A DNA stretch of 64,000 nucleotides from Octopus bimaculoides (lineage: Eukaryota). A program made the translations under genes and the position numbers. Positions 52,633 through 64,000 of this stretch are shown in pieces; position 1 is the stretch's first letter, and every line of letters begins with the position of its first letter. Where the stretch lies: NCBI RefSeq assembly GCF_001194135.2, contig NC_069003.1:28149916-28213915 (forward strand). The letters run 5' to 3'. A model generated the notes under the pieces. It searched no databases, was not told where the DNA came from, and worked only from the letters and a program-made list of their open reading frames with translations.

Positions 52633-54624
52633 CTAAGAAAATGATATGAAATTCGACAGTTAACTGATATAACATCATATTACCAAAGAATAATTGGGCA
52701 CTGAGTATAACATATATTACTACATAATTAATACATTCCTTATTATATATGGTATCAATAATCATAGATCATAAATTCTTATTATTTATAGACAATTGAA
52801 AATGAAAATATTTAAAAATATTCTGTCAGGTTATGTCTAAATATGTTATCAAATTTTAAGCACAATTTATCAAACCATCTCGAGTGATTTTAATTATGAT
52901 AAACACAAAGTTAAAGATGGTTTATGTATTAAACGATTTCGGTTTATTTATATCCTGAAGGGCTGAATATTTAGATATGCCATAAAAGTTATAAATATAC
53001 AATGTATTGTAACATATATCTTATGCTGAATTTGCTTGCTGATTTCTTACCTGTTAATACTTAAACATGTTTAACAAGTAAAAGAGAAGTTGGGAATATT
53101 ATGTTATCTAGTTTGTCAAACTAATCACATTAGCTTAGTATAATTTGATAAAGTGAATTATCATTTATTACATGAATTATGACATTTTATCATATCACTG
53201 GAGATTCAATATTCTCTAATTATAGACGAGAATAAATCTTTTTTCACATATAAATAATTAAAACATAGTTATTGACTACTAAGAAAGTAAATGATGTGAT
53301 GAAGAATATGAATAAGGATTATCTAAATAAGAAATCTGGTGATTAACACTGATAAAGGCAATCTATATTACATCAAACTAAAAGATAAATACCAGCTCTA
53401 TCCAGATCATATGTAATGTCATAATCTTATTATGGTTCTGACTGGGAATTAGGTAGATGCATATTATAAGACAATATGTAAGCATACATCATGTAGCATT
53501 CAATACTGAACCACTGCGTTTCTATAGAATTCATCTGAAACAATACTGATATTTTGAAACATGAATATATAACTATGAAATAACATTTTAAGTGTATTAT
53601 TTATTTTTAGTGTACCATGCTAAAATTTGAAGAACTCAGTTAGAATAATTAGTGATCAATATTCAACATTGATATCCTCCATAGAGAGAATTTTGTTGTG
53701 GCAGTCAAACAGTTTTGCAATATAATAACTAGAATTACTAGGTGAGGAGAATCATTAGGCAAGAATAAATTACCTGTATTAATAGGTACAGCTACAATTG
53801 ATCTAATGAAAACAATTTTGAACTGAATTTTCCTTCACTACTGGAATTATAATAAATGTTTCTAAATGTGAGGATATATGTCATATGATAAACTCTGTGA
53901 AACAATCTTACCAGGGACAAACTCATGCCAAAATGTTGATGAACATTAGGAGTTATTAAACGATCTATCTTAATTAGCTATAAGATGTATATATATTTTT
54001 TATGTGTCAGTCATTAGTTTGAGCCTTGAAACTGAATTTGCAGGCCTACTAATGGAAATTATGTCTGATTACATAAACATAAATCAGCTCAGGCAAAAAT
54101 TTCTGTTTTTACTTTTTGAAATGGAAAACTCAAAGCCAAGAGCTCCCAAATCATTTTTAACTTTATAAGGCTTTCACTAATGATATAGTGAATTATCCCA
54201 CACTAAGTACTTTGGCCACAATAGTGCTAATAATGTAATTTGAAGTCCAAATCATCCATTTGCTTCACTACTAAAATATAAACTTTCAGCATCTTAAATA
54301 ACACAACATTGTTTAGATAATGTGTGTTAGTAAAATTATTAGTATGATATAATAAAAACTAATTTATTGCTTTATATTATTGTTAACAATATAATTCATA
54401 GTTATGTTTGAATTAGAAAATTTTGAGTACATATTTCTTTACAACAATGTATTAAAAGAACTCTATTATGTGGGCTGACTATGGTCTACTTTATTTATTA
54501 TATATTAGGGAAAATGTTAGAAATAATAAAATAAGTATTTCAGAGAAAATTTGGAATTAATTTATCAGGCCATGGGTTTGTAGCAGTAAATTATCATTGC
54601 ACTAAATTTGGCAGTATTTCTCAA

Positions 54625-54808
54625 GGCCACCAAGTTTGGGGGNNNNNNNNNNCCCCCCCCCAGTGTTCAACTCATACTTATTTTATTGACTCTGGAAGGT
54701 TCAAAGACAAAGTCGACCTCAGTAAATTTGAACTCAGAATGTATAGAGAAATGAAATGCAACTAAGCACTTTGCTTGGTATGCTCATGATTCTACCAGCT
54801 GCTGCCTT
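54625..54808 (-). mobile_element. SINE, same family, with 12-bp TSD
   Basis: TSD agtatttctcaa at 54613-54624 and 54809-54820; contains a 10-N gap. Confidence 0.75.
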
Positions 54809-55225
54809 AGTATTTCTCAAAATATTAGAAATATGTTGATGACTTAATAAATATATTTTAAATTAAATAGCTTAAAACAGAGATTAAAGCATTATAATAT
54901 ATGAATATGAATATGGACACATAAAACATATTTTATTGCATTTGAAATGATATGTATGCTATAGTATGTACATCTTTTTGTTACATATTCTTCATTACAA
55001 TTACTGAAATGCATTTCAGCAGAGACTATTTATTTTTCACAAATATAAATTATACCAGTTATTTAATTATTAATAGCTATGTTTTAATTATAATATTAAG
55101 AATATACTTGTGGTTATAAGAATATAACATTCATTTTAAATATTTTCATGAAAGTACAGTTAAGTTAAATAATGTTCATAGTCATTAATATTAGTTCAGT
55201 TTTTGTTAGGTACTAATTTTCTTAC

Positions 55226-55264
55226 CAGCTTTAATTTCCATGGGTATAACAGGGGGAAATGCAA
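55226..55264 (-). CDS. 39-nt A exon, (V)AFPPVIPMEIKA
   Basis: tttttaacag / G|GTAAGA. Confidence 0.8.
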
Positions 55265-55790
55265 CTGTTAAAAATATATCATCTTATATGTGAGATAAAA
55301 AGGGAATGTATTTTCAAATACTTCAAAGAGATATTGTATCACATTTTGTTTATGAATTCGTTGGGTGAAATTTGTATTCCTTACAAAATGTAAAAGTTAA
55401 TATTTAAAGGAAAAATTTTTAACTATCAATATATGATCTGAAACACACATTTAAGTTTCATAAAATATTATCATGAATTCAGGCTAACATATCTAGCATT
55501 ATACAAAATATGTTGTTCTTCAATGTTGTAAAAGAATTTTAAAAATCAAATTAATAATTTTTTTTGATCACTTTTTGATAATTATTTCAAAATAATTATA
55601 TGTATATTATAGGCCATCATAGTATAATATAGTAAGTAATTTGATTATGCACAATTTAATTAGATCTATGTAGGGTATCATTAAGATGACAGAGGATTTA
55701 TAATTTCTAGTATAAATAGTATATGGGATGCAACATATAAAATTTAATGTTATTTTTAGTTCCTATTTAATTTAAACTCTGAACTCTCAC

Positions 55791-55829
55791 CAGCTGATAA
55801 TTCTACAAATTTAACTGGAACTACAGGAG
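55791..55829 (-). CDS. 39-nt B exon, (A)PVVPVKFVELSA
   Basis: attttatag / G|GTGAGA. Confidence 0.8.
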
Positions 55830-56679
55830 CTATAAAATATGAAATTTGACAATTCACTGACATAATAGCATCATATTACCATAGAATAATTAGAGACTGA
55901 GGATAACATATGTTTTTATATAATTAATACATTCCTTATCATACATAGTATCAATTAGAATAGCAAAAAACTGCCTCATTATTTACAAAAAAAAAAAAAA
56001 AGATGAAAAACAAAGAAGAATACTATGGCTCTGAAGATAGTATCATTTTTTAAGGTCATTTAATTTTTCTCAATTGATCAATGGACCAATTGAGTAAACC
56101 AATCAAAGAATGAACCTATACTCTCAAAAACAGCTGTAAGTGGAATTTACTATAATAAAGGAATATGTAATGATCATTATTTATAACTTGTCTTGTATAT
56201 CACTGTGTGTATAAAACCAGTTTACCTAGGAATACAACCTTGGGTTTACAAAGAAGAATAGTGATGAGCCTCAGACCCTCTCAGAAGCATACACAGCGTC
56301 CTTTACTAATCTAAAAAAATTTGTTAGCCTGGTGTATTTGTATTAACAGAGAGCTTATAAAGTATTTTGCCAGGATTGATGAGCCCTCGTTAATAACTCT
56401 TTGTTATACATATATATTTGGTATGAATGTAATTATTCAATGCTTGCTATTTGATGATTATACATCATTTAAAAGGTAATAGTGAGACCATGACTATTAT
56501 ACTATTATCAACAATCTTAACCTGTATATTATTCACTAAAATAGTTGTGGAAAATGAATATCTTTTTATCAATAAGTTTCATGAATTATAACATTGTATT
56601 ATATCATTGGTGAATTAATGAAGCCTGGTCATATATTAGAATAAAACTTCCCATGTAAATATGTAAAACAGGTGGATTT

Positions 56680-57248
56680 ACAGGTGGTTTTGTAACTGTT
56701 GGTATTGTTGTTGTTGCTGTTGCAACTGCACCATGCAAGCCAACAAGTCTTCCATGTTAATGATATTTTCTTTGGTTTCATATCAAAAAGAAGGATTTAA
56801 ACATCTGACGCAGGCTTCGAACATCTTGTTGCCACTTTTATATCCTTGACACATGTTGGATATATAATTAATGAAGTGGAGGTTAAATCAATGTATTCGC
56901 GTGACATACTTTGCAAGACTACCAGCCTCAATTCTTCATAAGAGTTTGGCTAGTTCATTCTTCCAATCCCCCAGGGTTGTCAATGACTCTCACGACAACA
57001 ATAGAGAACAGGAAGAGAAGGAAAAAAGAGCAGGCGATGTAAATATTGAAGCAGATTGACTAGTTCAGAGAAGCAGAGATTCTTGTAGCTAGGGTAGAAG
57101 AACTAGCAAATATGTAAGCTTGTGACTGTAGAGAAAAGCTAGCTAAATATTTTCCAATCAATGGACTGGCCATTCTTTTAGATAAGATCTCAGATTTTAA
57201 TGTGTGCAGCAACAGTACCATTTCTTGTATGTTAGCAGTGATCTAACA
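56680..57248 (-). mobile_element. Possible decayed LTR retrotransposon 5' end (LTR, PBS, gag start)
   Basis: The minus strand begins tgttag and has ccaaca at 56854, a PBS-like tggcaacaag, then MEDLLACMVQLQQQQQQYQQLQNHL*. Confidence 0.35.
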
Positions 57249-58045
57249 TGAGGCTTACTTTAATAGACATAGGAGAGAAAATGATTTAGAAGAATAGAAA
57301 CTACTTGGAAAATATGAATAGTTCAAGTGATGTAAATGGTAAATAGCAGAAACAAAATTTCTTTACAGAAGTATGATCTTAAATCTATTTCAAAATGGTA
57401 CAAAATATTTGCCACAACTTTTAGCAATTACCAGATATACAACAGGCATATTTTGATAACATGTAATGTATTAACTTTATAATAATGACACACAAAGTTT
57501 ACAAGATTTTAAAACAGGTTGATGTTACTCATGTGTTATATAGAGAGTAAAATCTTTCCCTTGAAAAATGACAAGTTTCTCAGGTAATTTTTCTTCCAGG
57601 AAAAGTCATAGTCAGCAATGCAAGTTAACCCCTTCTGATGTGATCTGTGTTTGCAGTATTATATTATACTATCTTAATAAAGGCTTTCTTACACATACAA
57701 CTTGAGACTAATGACAGTTACAAACTGCTAACTTTCAATTACACTTTTCTTATACATTATTTAAATACAAATTAAAGGTTCTCTAGATAGCTTATTATGC
57801 TTTTAGTTTTGTTACAAGCAATCAATCATTCTCTCCTGTGACTTTTACATTCTCACTATGCATTTCACAAATGGTTAATTCATATTTTTACAACATATGC
57901 CAGTCATTTGTTTTTCTGCAGCAATAAATAACATAATCTTATTAAAACATCATCACTATATCTGACATTTTCTACAAAATGCACGTTAAGATAACCCAAA
58001 GACTTCTTCATGTATGTAGAAATAATGTATCAAGTAATAAAAATG

Positions 58046-58412
58046 TGGCACTCTGTTGGTTACGACGACGAGGCTTCCAGCTGATCTGATCAATGGAACA
58101 GCCTGCTCTTGAAATTAACGTTGAAGTGGCTGAGCACTCCACAGACACGTGTACCCTTGACGTAGTTCTTGGGGAGAGTCAGCGTGACACAGTGTGTGAC
58201 AAGGCTGGCCCTTTGAAATGCAGGTACAAAAGAAACAGTGAGAAAAAGTTGTGGCGAAAGAGTACAGCAGGGTTTGCCACCACCCCCTGCTAGAGCCTTG
58301 TGGAGCTTCAGGTGTTTTCGCTCAATAAACACAATGCCTGTTCTGGGAATCGAAACAGTGATGCTACAACCACGAGTCCACTGCCCTAACCACTCAGCCA
58401 TTGTGCCTCCAC
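58046..58412 (-). mobile_element. SINE, same family as 3449-3837
   Basis: The reverse complement aligns along the length, including head and 3' region. Confidence 0.85.
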
Positions 58413-58906
58413 ATAAGATTATAGGTTCATACCAAACAAATTATGAAATTACATTTTATAACTTTGGCGAAACTATCAGATATATATATATATATATATA
58501 CATATATTATACATATTATGCAGCAATATATTAATTTACAAAACAAATATGAAAGAGGACATACATGACAATATAAACATGAAATGCTGATTTAGAAAAC
58601 TGATATTATGAAGAGTCAGCTGTAATAGTCACTTATACATCATGCTTCCTTATATCCCAAAAATTGTGTTATGTGTATATTTTTTCAACATACCCATCAT
58701 TATATGAATTAACAAATTATATTTCAACAGAGATTATTTTATTAAAACCATATATATTTAATTATAAATAACGATATGCTTTAATGAAAATATTAGGAAT
58801 ATATCTCTGGTTATTAGTATATAAAATGCACAGGAAAGTAGTTAAGTTAAATTATATTCATAGTTAAAATTAACAGCTATATTTTTGTCAAATAGTAATT
58901 TATTGC

Positions 58907-59175
58907 CAGTTATGAATTAAAGAAGTATAAAACTAAATATGTAAATAGGAATTTCACTAAAGAATGAGCTTTTAATTAGATTTTGCTAGAAATTTATTAA
59001 GATACTAAAATAATTCAAAAAAAAAATTTTTTATATGATAAACTATTATGTAAATTTTACAATATCATATGTAATGATAATTTGGTTACTGATAGCATAC
59101 AAAGCAAATATCTTAATTAATATTTATTCATATTAAATTAATCTATCAATTATTCTCAGCTTTATATAGAGGAGC
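58907..59175 (-). pseudogene. Decayed A/B exon doublet
   Basis: The A-donor flank is recognisable, but the donor reads GC and the body is 26 nt and unalignable. The B remnant gaggagctatggaaa near 59170 keeps the acceptor side only. Confidence 0.45.
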
Positions 59176-60843
59176 TATGGAAATTATATCTTTGCTTATG
59201 ATTTGATCAGCAATTCGACGATCTCATTTTAACATAATTAAGGAATTTTTACAATATTGACTTTACATTGATAAATCACGTTCTCATTAGAAAACCAAAT
59301 GGCATGGCAGTATATATATTTATACTACCTAAGTAAATAATTTTCTATAATTTTATTTCCATTAATTTTTGATAAATTAATATTATCTAATAATTCAGTT
59401 TCAGTGGTAATTAGGTACATTTTTAAACAGGACTCTGGAAATATAAATCTATTTATATTTATAACTATAATCTAATAATTTTCTGAGCCTATATGTAATA
59501 AAATAATTGAGATAACATGAGTAATTTCTAATTGACATTTTAACCTAGAGAAAAATACAGCATTCTGAACTGATGTATTATGTCACTGTAAATTCAACAA
59601 CACCAATATATAGGGTGAAAAATAAATGGAAGTTATTTTATCATTATAAAGAATTATAATTGTAATTAAACATGCATTATTAATTTTCATGTGTCACCAT
59701 CTATGATTAGAAGTGTCAAGTTAAATTAATAGAAATCTGCATGAGATGTTGAAACCACATATGTTGTACCTTGGATGAGGATAAGTTTTAATATAGCTAA
59801 TACTGAGACTCTGACAGAAGATAATTTATGCAGATAATTAACAGACATTGATAAATCTTTAAATCAATAACTCTTTTTAGTGTTTTTCTTTGTAATGTTA
59901 AGTCAGGAGGAAGGGGTATTAACTATGGCCCTCTGAAACTGACAAGTCTGATGCTGTTTATGTTCCACTTAAATGTGGAAATTCAACAACTGCAGGAAAA
60001 TATAATTAGGAAAAGAATTTCAGAATACCAACATTCTTAAACAGAAGAGTTGTTATAGAAAGTCTCAGTATCTGCACCTGTAAGTCTCTCTCCAAGGTGT
60101 AAACCTGAGCTGGTGTGTTTGTGTGTGTGAGAGAGAGACTATAGTGTCTAAGTGAAAAGTACATTCAACATAACTTTACACCTGTGTCATTGCAGAAATT
60201 GCTGTCAGAATACAAAGAACCAGAATGATACTGCAAGATATCCTATTCAACAAACTTACAGTTAATCCAATCCATCACCTTATGTACAATTTGTAGATGA
60301 GTATCAATTCTTTGCTTATGCATATTAAAAATGCATAGAAATTAATGACTAACATGAGGTGAAAACAATGTTTTTTCCTTTATGATACAAAAATAACACT
60401 GAAATATATGAATGTATGTTCTGCTGGTGATTGGCGATTTCAAAACTGTCACAAACAATGAATATATACATATACACTCATGCCTTATATTATCTTTATG
60501 CCATAATCATGCTAACTCCAGCAATTGTAAATATGCTTTGTCTATAAGTACAGTCGATTTTCTAAATATTAATACAACTCATGATTATGAATTAGTTGAT
60601 CAACTACTGAATTTGTCAGCGATTATATCAGGCACAATGTAGGAAGAAATTTTGAAGTGAATTCATAAATTTTTTTAGATAATATACAGCTTATGTTTGA
60701 TAAAAATCATAAGCTACAATAACTAATACCTAGGACGAAAGATAAGTATATTTCTTAAAATATTTAGTAAATAATAATAGTGTTAGCATTAATTGATGAG
60801 TACACGTTTTAATTTTATAAATAGTTAATTACTAAATTCTTAC

Positions 60844-60876
60844 CAGTTGATACTTCCACAGGTGGTGCTGGTGGCC
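60844..60876 (-). CDS. 33-nt B-related exon, xPPAPPVEVST (most 5' exon found)
   Basis: ttttctcag / G|GTAAGA, phase 1-1. Confidence 0.8.
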
Positions 60877-63254
60877 CTGAGAAAATTATATTATCTAATA
60901 TATTAATAAATATGCATAATAACATGGTATCATTTGTACATAATTTTTTCCAACTTTAACAGCACCTAAGCTACCATATAGAATAAAACATATCTTTTAT
61001 CATCTTGCTGTTGTATTTATGAATATCAGTATTATTACAGACAATTCATTGGCAAACAAAATTATTCAACACAATACATTTCAATGTGATATCATAATTA
61101 TGTCAACAATTTACTTTATAATATATGTTGTTTTTTACTGCTTCTTATTACTGTGATAGAATCTTGTAATGTCCAAATGAATAAAGCACTCATTCGAAGA
61201 TATTCAAACTAAAGCAGAAAAGATTCTTTTCAACACTAGTAAATATGTTTTAGCCAATGACTGGGATCAAACCTGCTGTAATAATAATTAGCTCAAATAA
61301 AGATGGCCAAAATAATTATCTGATGGGACAATAACATTTCATCTTCTAGACTAAGAATTTAGACTGGCTTGTGTTACATTAACATAGCTTTCGTTAAAGA
61401 CACTTCTAAACTTTACTTTAAATATTGCCAGGCATCATTGGATATAAAGTTATTTTCATATCATGAAAATGTTAAAAGTGAAGTGACAATTATATTATCT
61501 AATTAAGCATAGTAACTAAGTAAATTCCAAGGCATATTGCTAAAATCAATTCTTCTTATTAGAGTAAAAATAAAATTTAATTTCTAAAATCAGAATAAAA
61601 ATTTGAAGTGAACTTGCATGTATTATCATATATTTGTTAGACAGGTTTAGTGTGATATGTAATAAACAAGGTTTGAGTCAATATAATAATAATCAAAGAA
61701 TAAGTAACAACTGCCAGGTGAGTAAAAAACAAACAAACATTATCTTCATTTAGTTTTTAGTGGTGGCTGTTACATTTCACTTAAACTTTTAATGTATCTG
61801 GACAAATAATAAATTGTCCATATATTGATTTCAGTCTGTTATTTTAGAATTGGAAAATAGATGTGAATAAATAATTTCAGTGTGTAACATGCTGGAACTG
61901 GAAGTGACCAGTTAATATAATTAGTGACTTACATTAAAGATAATATCCCTATAATCTATAATAACCTAATTTAACAATAAACAATTAATTGTTAACAGTT
62001 GATGATATCTGTGGAGTTTTCCTAAAAGTTTTCTTAAAATTGTTGCTAATTACACCATATTTTGTTAAATAACAAAATAAATTTAGCATAATATATTAAT
62101 AAGCTAAAATACTTTTTTCACAGATTAACAATGTATAACTGCAAATCTATTGTAAACCATATTGAATAGATAGACAACAATATTTTAACTTTTTATCTTT
62201 TTATTTTATGATATATTTAAATAAACAATTAGGCAATTTATAATAGAAATAGTAGAAGAATATAACTTTATGGGAGGATATAGTCAATAACATGGTATGA
62301 TAACAAGGATGATATGATTAGAGCACCGATACAACTAAATGGAATACAACTAGATGCATCAAAATATTTGCTCCAACACTCAGCAGAGCAGAACACTCAA
62401 CCATTTTACATCATAAAAATAATCCTAACATAAGTACAAGGCTTAGTTTTGCAGAGCAGCATATTTAGTCAGTTATATTGTTCATGCCTCTATCCAGTAC
62501 TTGACTGGTACTTTATTTTATCACCTCTGGAATAAGGGAAGTTAAATTGATACTAACAACAGTGATAGCTATCTCCTTTCAGGTTATCAAATATACATGT
62601 TGGTTTTAAGAATTAAATGAACTTGTTGCTTACAGTACCAGCACACAAATGTACCCAAATAGAGAGTTTGCTCTTCAGTTATGAGATCTCAGTTCTATTC
62701 CTACAACATCCCACCCTAAGAAAGCATCTAGACTGAAGGTAATCTAAGTTTTGTTAGTGAAATTGTGTAGATGAAAACTGTCTGGAAGCCCGGAAAGGGT
62801 CAACTCTGTCATGCAGATTCTCCCAAAATTTTACATTAAGAATACCTGTAAAATACTCAACCATTTACATGTTAATGAGTAGGCTGTTTCATTGATCGAA
62901 CAATCAGAACACAATTGGAACATGATAGAGATTCATTTGAATTATATTACACATAGAAAAGAAAGTATGATGAAAAATTATAGAGCTATTTTTAATATTT
63001 CCAATACCTTCATCTTTTACAATAAAACTACAACCTTTAATCTATAAAACTTCTTTCTAGCAAAGTATCCAAGTAATATACACTGAATTCAGAGAATAAG
63101 ATGTTAATCATTGCAAGTACCATGCATATATAATATGATATGAATTAGAAAACTTACAACTCTATTCCTTATTTAATGTAGCTTTCACAATATTGGCAAC
63201 AAAATAACCTTATTAATAGCCTTTCTATTATAGGCACAGTGCCTGAAATTTGTA

Positions 63255-63432
63255 TTTTTGTTGGAGCAGGGGACAGTCAATTACACTGACCCCAGTGCTG
63301 GACTGGTACTTATTTTATCAATCCAGAAAGGACGAAAGGCAAAGTTGACCACAATGAAATTTGAACTCAGAATAATGATGAAGGAAATTTTGCTAAGTAT
63401 TTTGTTTGGTCTGCTAATGATCCTCCCAGTTC
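63255..63432 (-). mobile_element. Degenerate SINE, same family
   Basis: actggtacttatttt...aaaggacgaaaggcaaagttgacc...gaactcagaa. Confidence 0.7.
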
Positions 63433-64000
63433 ATCACCTTAATAACCTAACAAATATCAATACTTTGATTTGATATTCAGTCCCATTTAGTGTGTATGTG
63501 TAGAAACACACACACACACATATTCTGTCTTTTCTATTCAACTTGTACCTTAACCTCACAACTCATTTCCCAGATAAGGAAGCTATTTATTCACATCTTC
63601 AGCAATATATCTGTACCTATCTCTTTATCATATTTTCATATCCCTCAATGACATATCCTAGTCAGTTAAGGGGTCTTGTCTTGCAGGTACTTGGTGACCT
63701 CTAAGTGTTGATGCTTCATAAAAGAACCCATAAAAGAACTCTGTGAAGTGGTTGGTGTTAGGAAGGGCATCCCAGCTGTAGCAATCATACTTAAACAGAC
63801 GCTGGAGCTTGGTGCAACCCCTCTGGACCATCAGTGCATGCTGACTGATCCAACTTAGGCCAGAACGGAAAAGAGGGATAAGGAGTAAGAGATGTGGAGA
63901 GAGGAGATTAGAGATAGGCAACAACTGTAAATATTGGGTAGGGCTGAAGGGTATTCTCTTTTATTCTCTTTTACTTGTTTCAGTCTTTTGACTGTGGCCA

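Larger units (their letters stand above)
393..60876 (-). other. Multi-exon gene span (partial at both ends): Pro/Glu/Val/Lys/Thr repeat stalk + 3 VWA domains + Thr-rich linker; collagen-VI/matrilin-like extracellular protein
   Basis: About 31 exon candidates with AG/GT boundaries, all phase 1-1 and multiples of 3 nt, which concatenate into one stop-free frame. No start or stop exon was identified in the window. Confidence 0.85.

Noticed and set aside
26900-56000. Regularly recurring ~39-bp repeats, considered as a CRISPR-like or satellite array
   Set aside because: The spacing is kilobases, the spacers are homologous to each other, and the repeats are splice-bounded coding exons in eukaryotic DNA.
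56660-56735. Minus frame GAVATATTTIPTVTKPPVNPPV, compositionally like the stalk
   Set aside because: The only plausible AG/GT pair gives 44 nt, phase 1 to 0. Another frame gives a Met-initiated poly-Gln stretch after LTR/PBS-like sequence, so a retroelement remnant is more likely.

Overview
AT-rich animal genomic DNA with six N gaps. The SINE complement suggests a coleoid cephalopod, probably Octopus (inference). No prokaryotic features are present. Nearly the whole window is the interior of one minus-strand gene whose start lies beyond about 60.9 kb and whose end lies before position 393. Reading in transcript order, it has at least 24 microexons of 15-39 nt, all symmetric phase 1-1. Nineteen of them are intact 39-nt exons, 18 forming alternating B/A doublets (APPAPVKPVELTT / AAPPPVIPVEKTT) in tandemly duplicated 1.8-4.6 kb units. 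Three VWA-domain exons follow, separated by short linker exons, then Thr/Pro-rich mucin-like microexons. The predicted product is a matrix- or mucus-type VWA protein with a PEVK-like stalk of about 290 aa built one microexon at a time. Exon birth and death is visible across the array. The introns hold tRNA-derived SINEs, Tc1/mariner remnants, a MITE, LINE fragments, microsatellites, and a fold-back element with hammerhead-like motifs in both arms. Coordinates were counted by eye, there is no expression evidence, and novelty could not be checked against databases.
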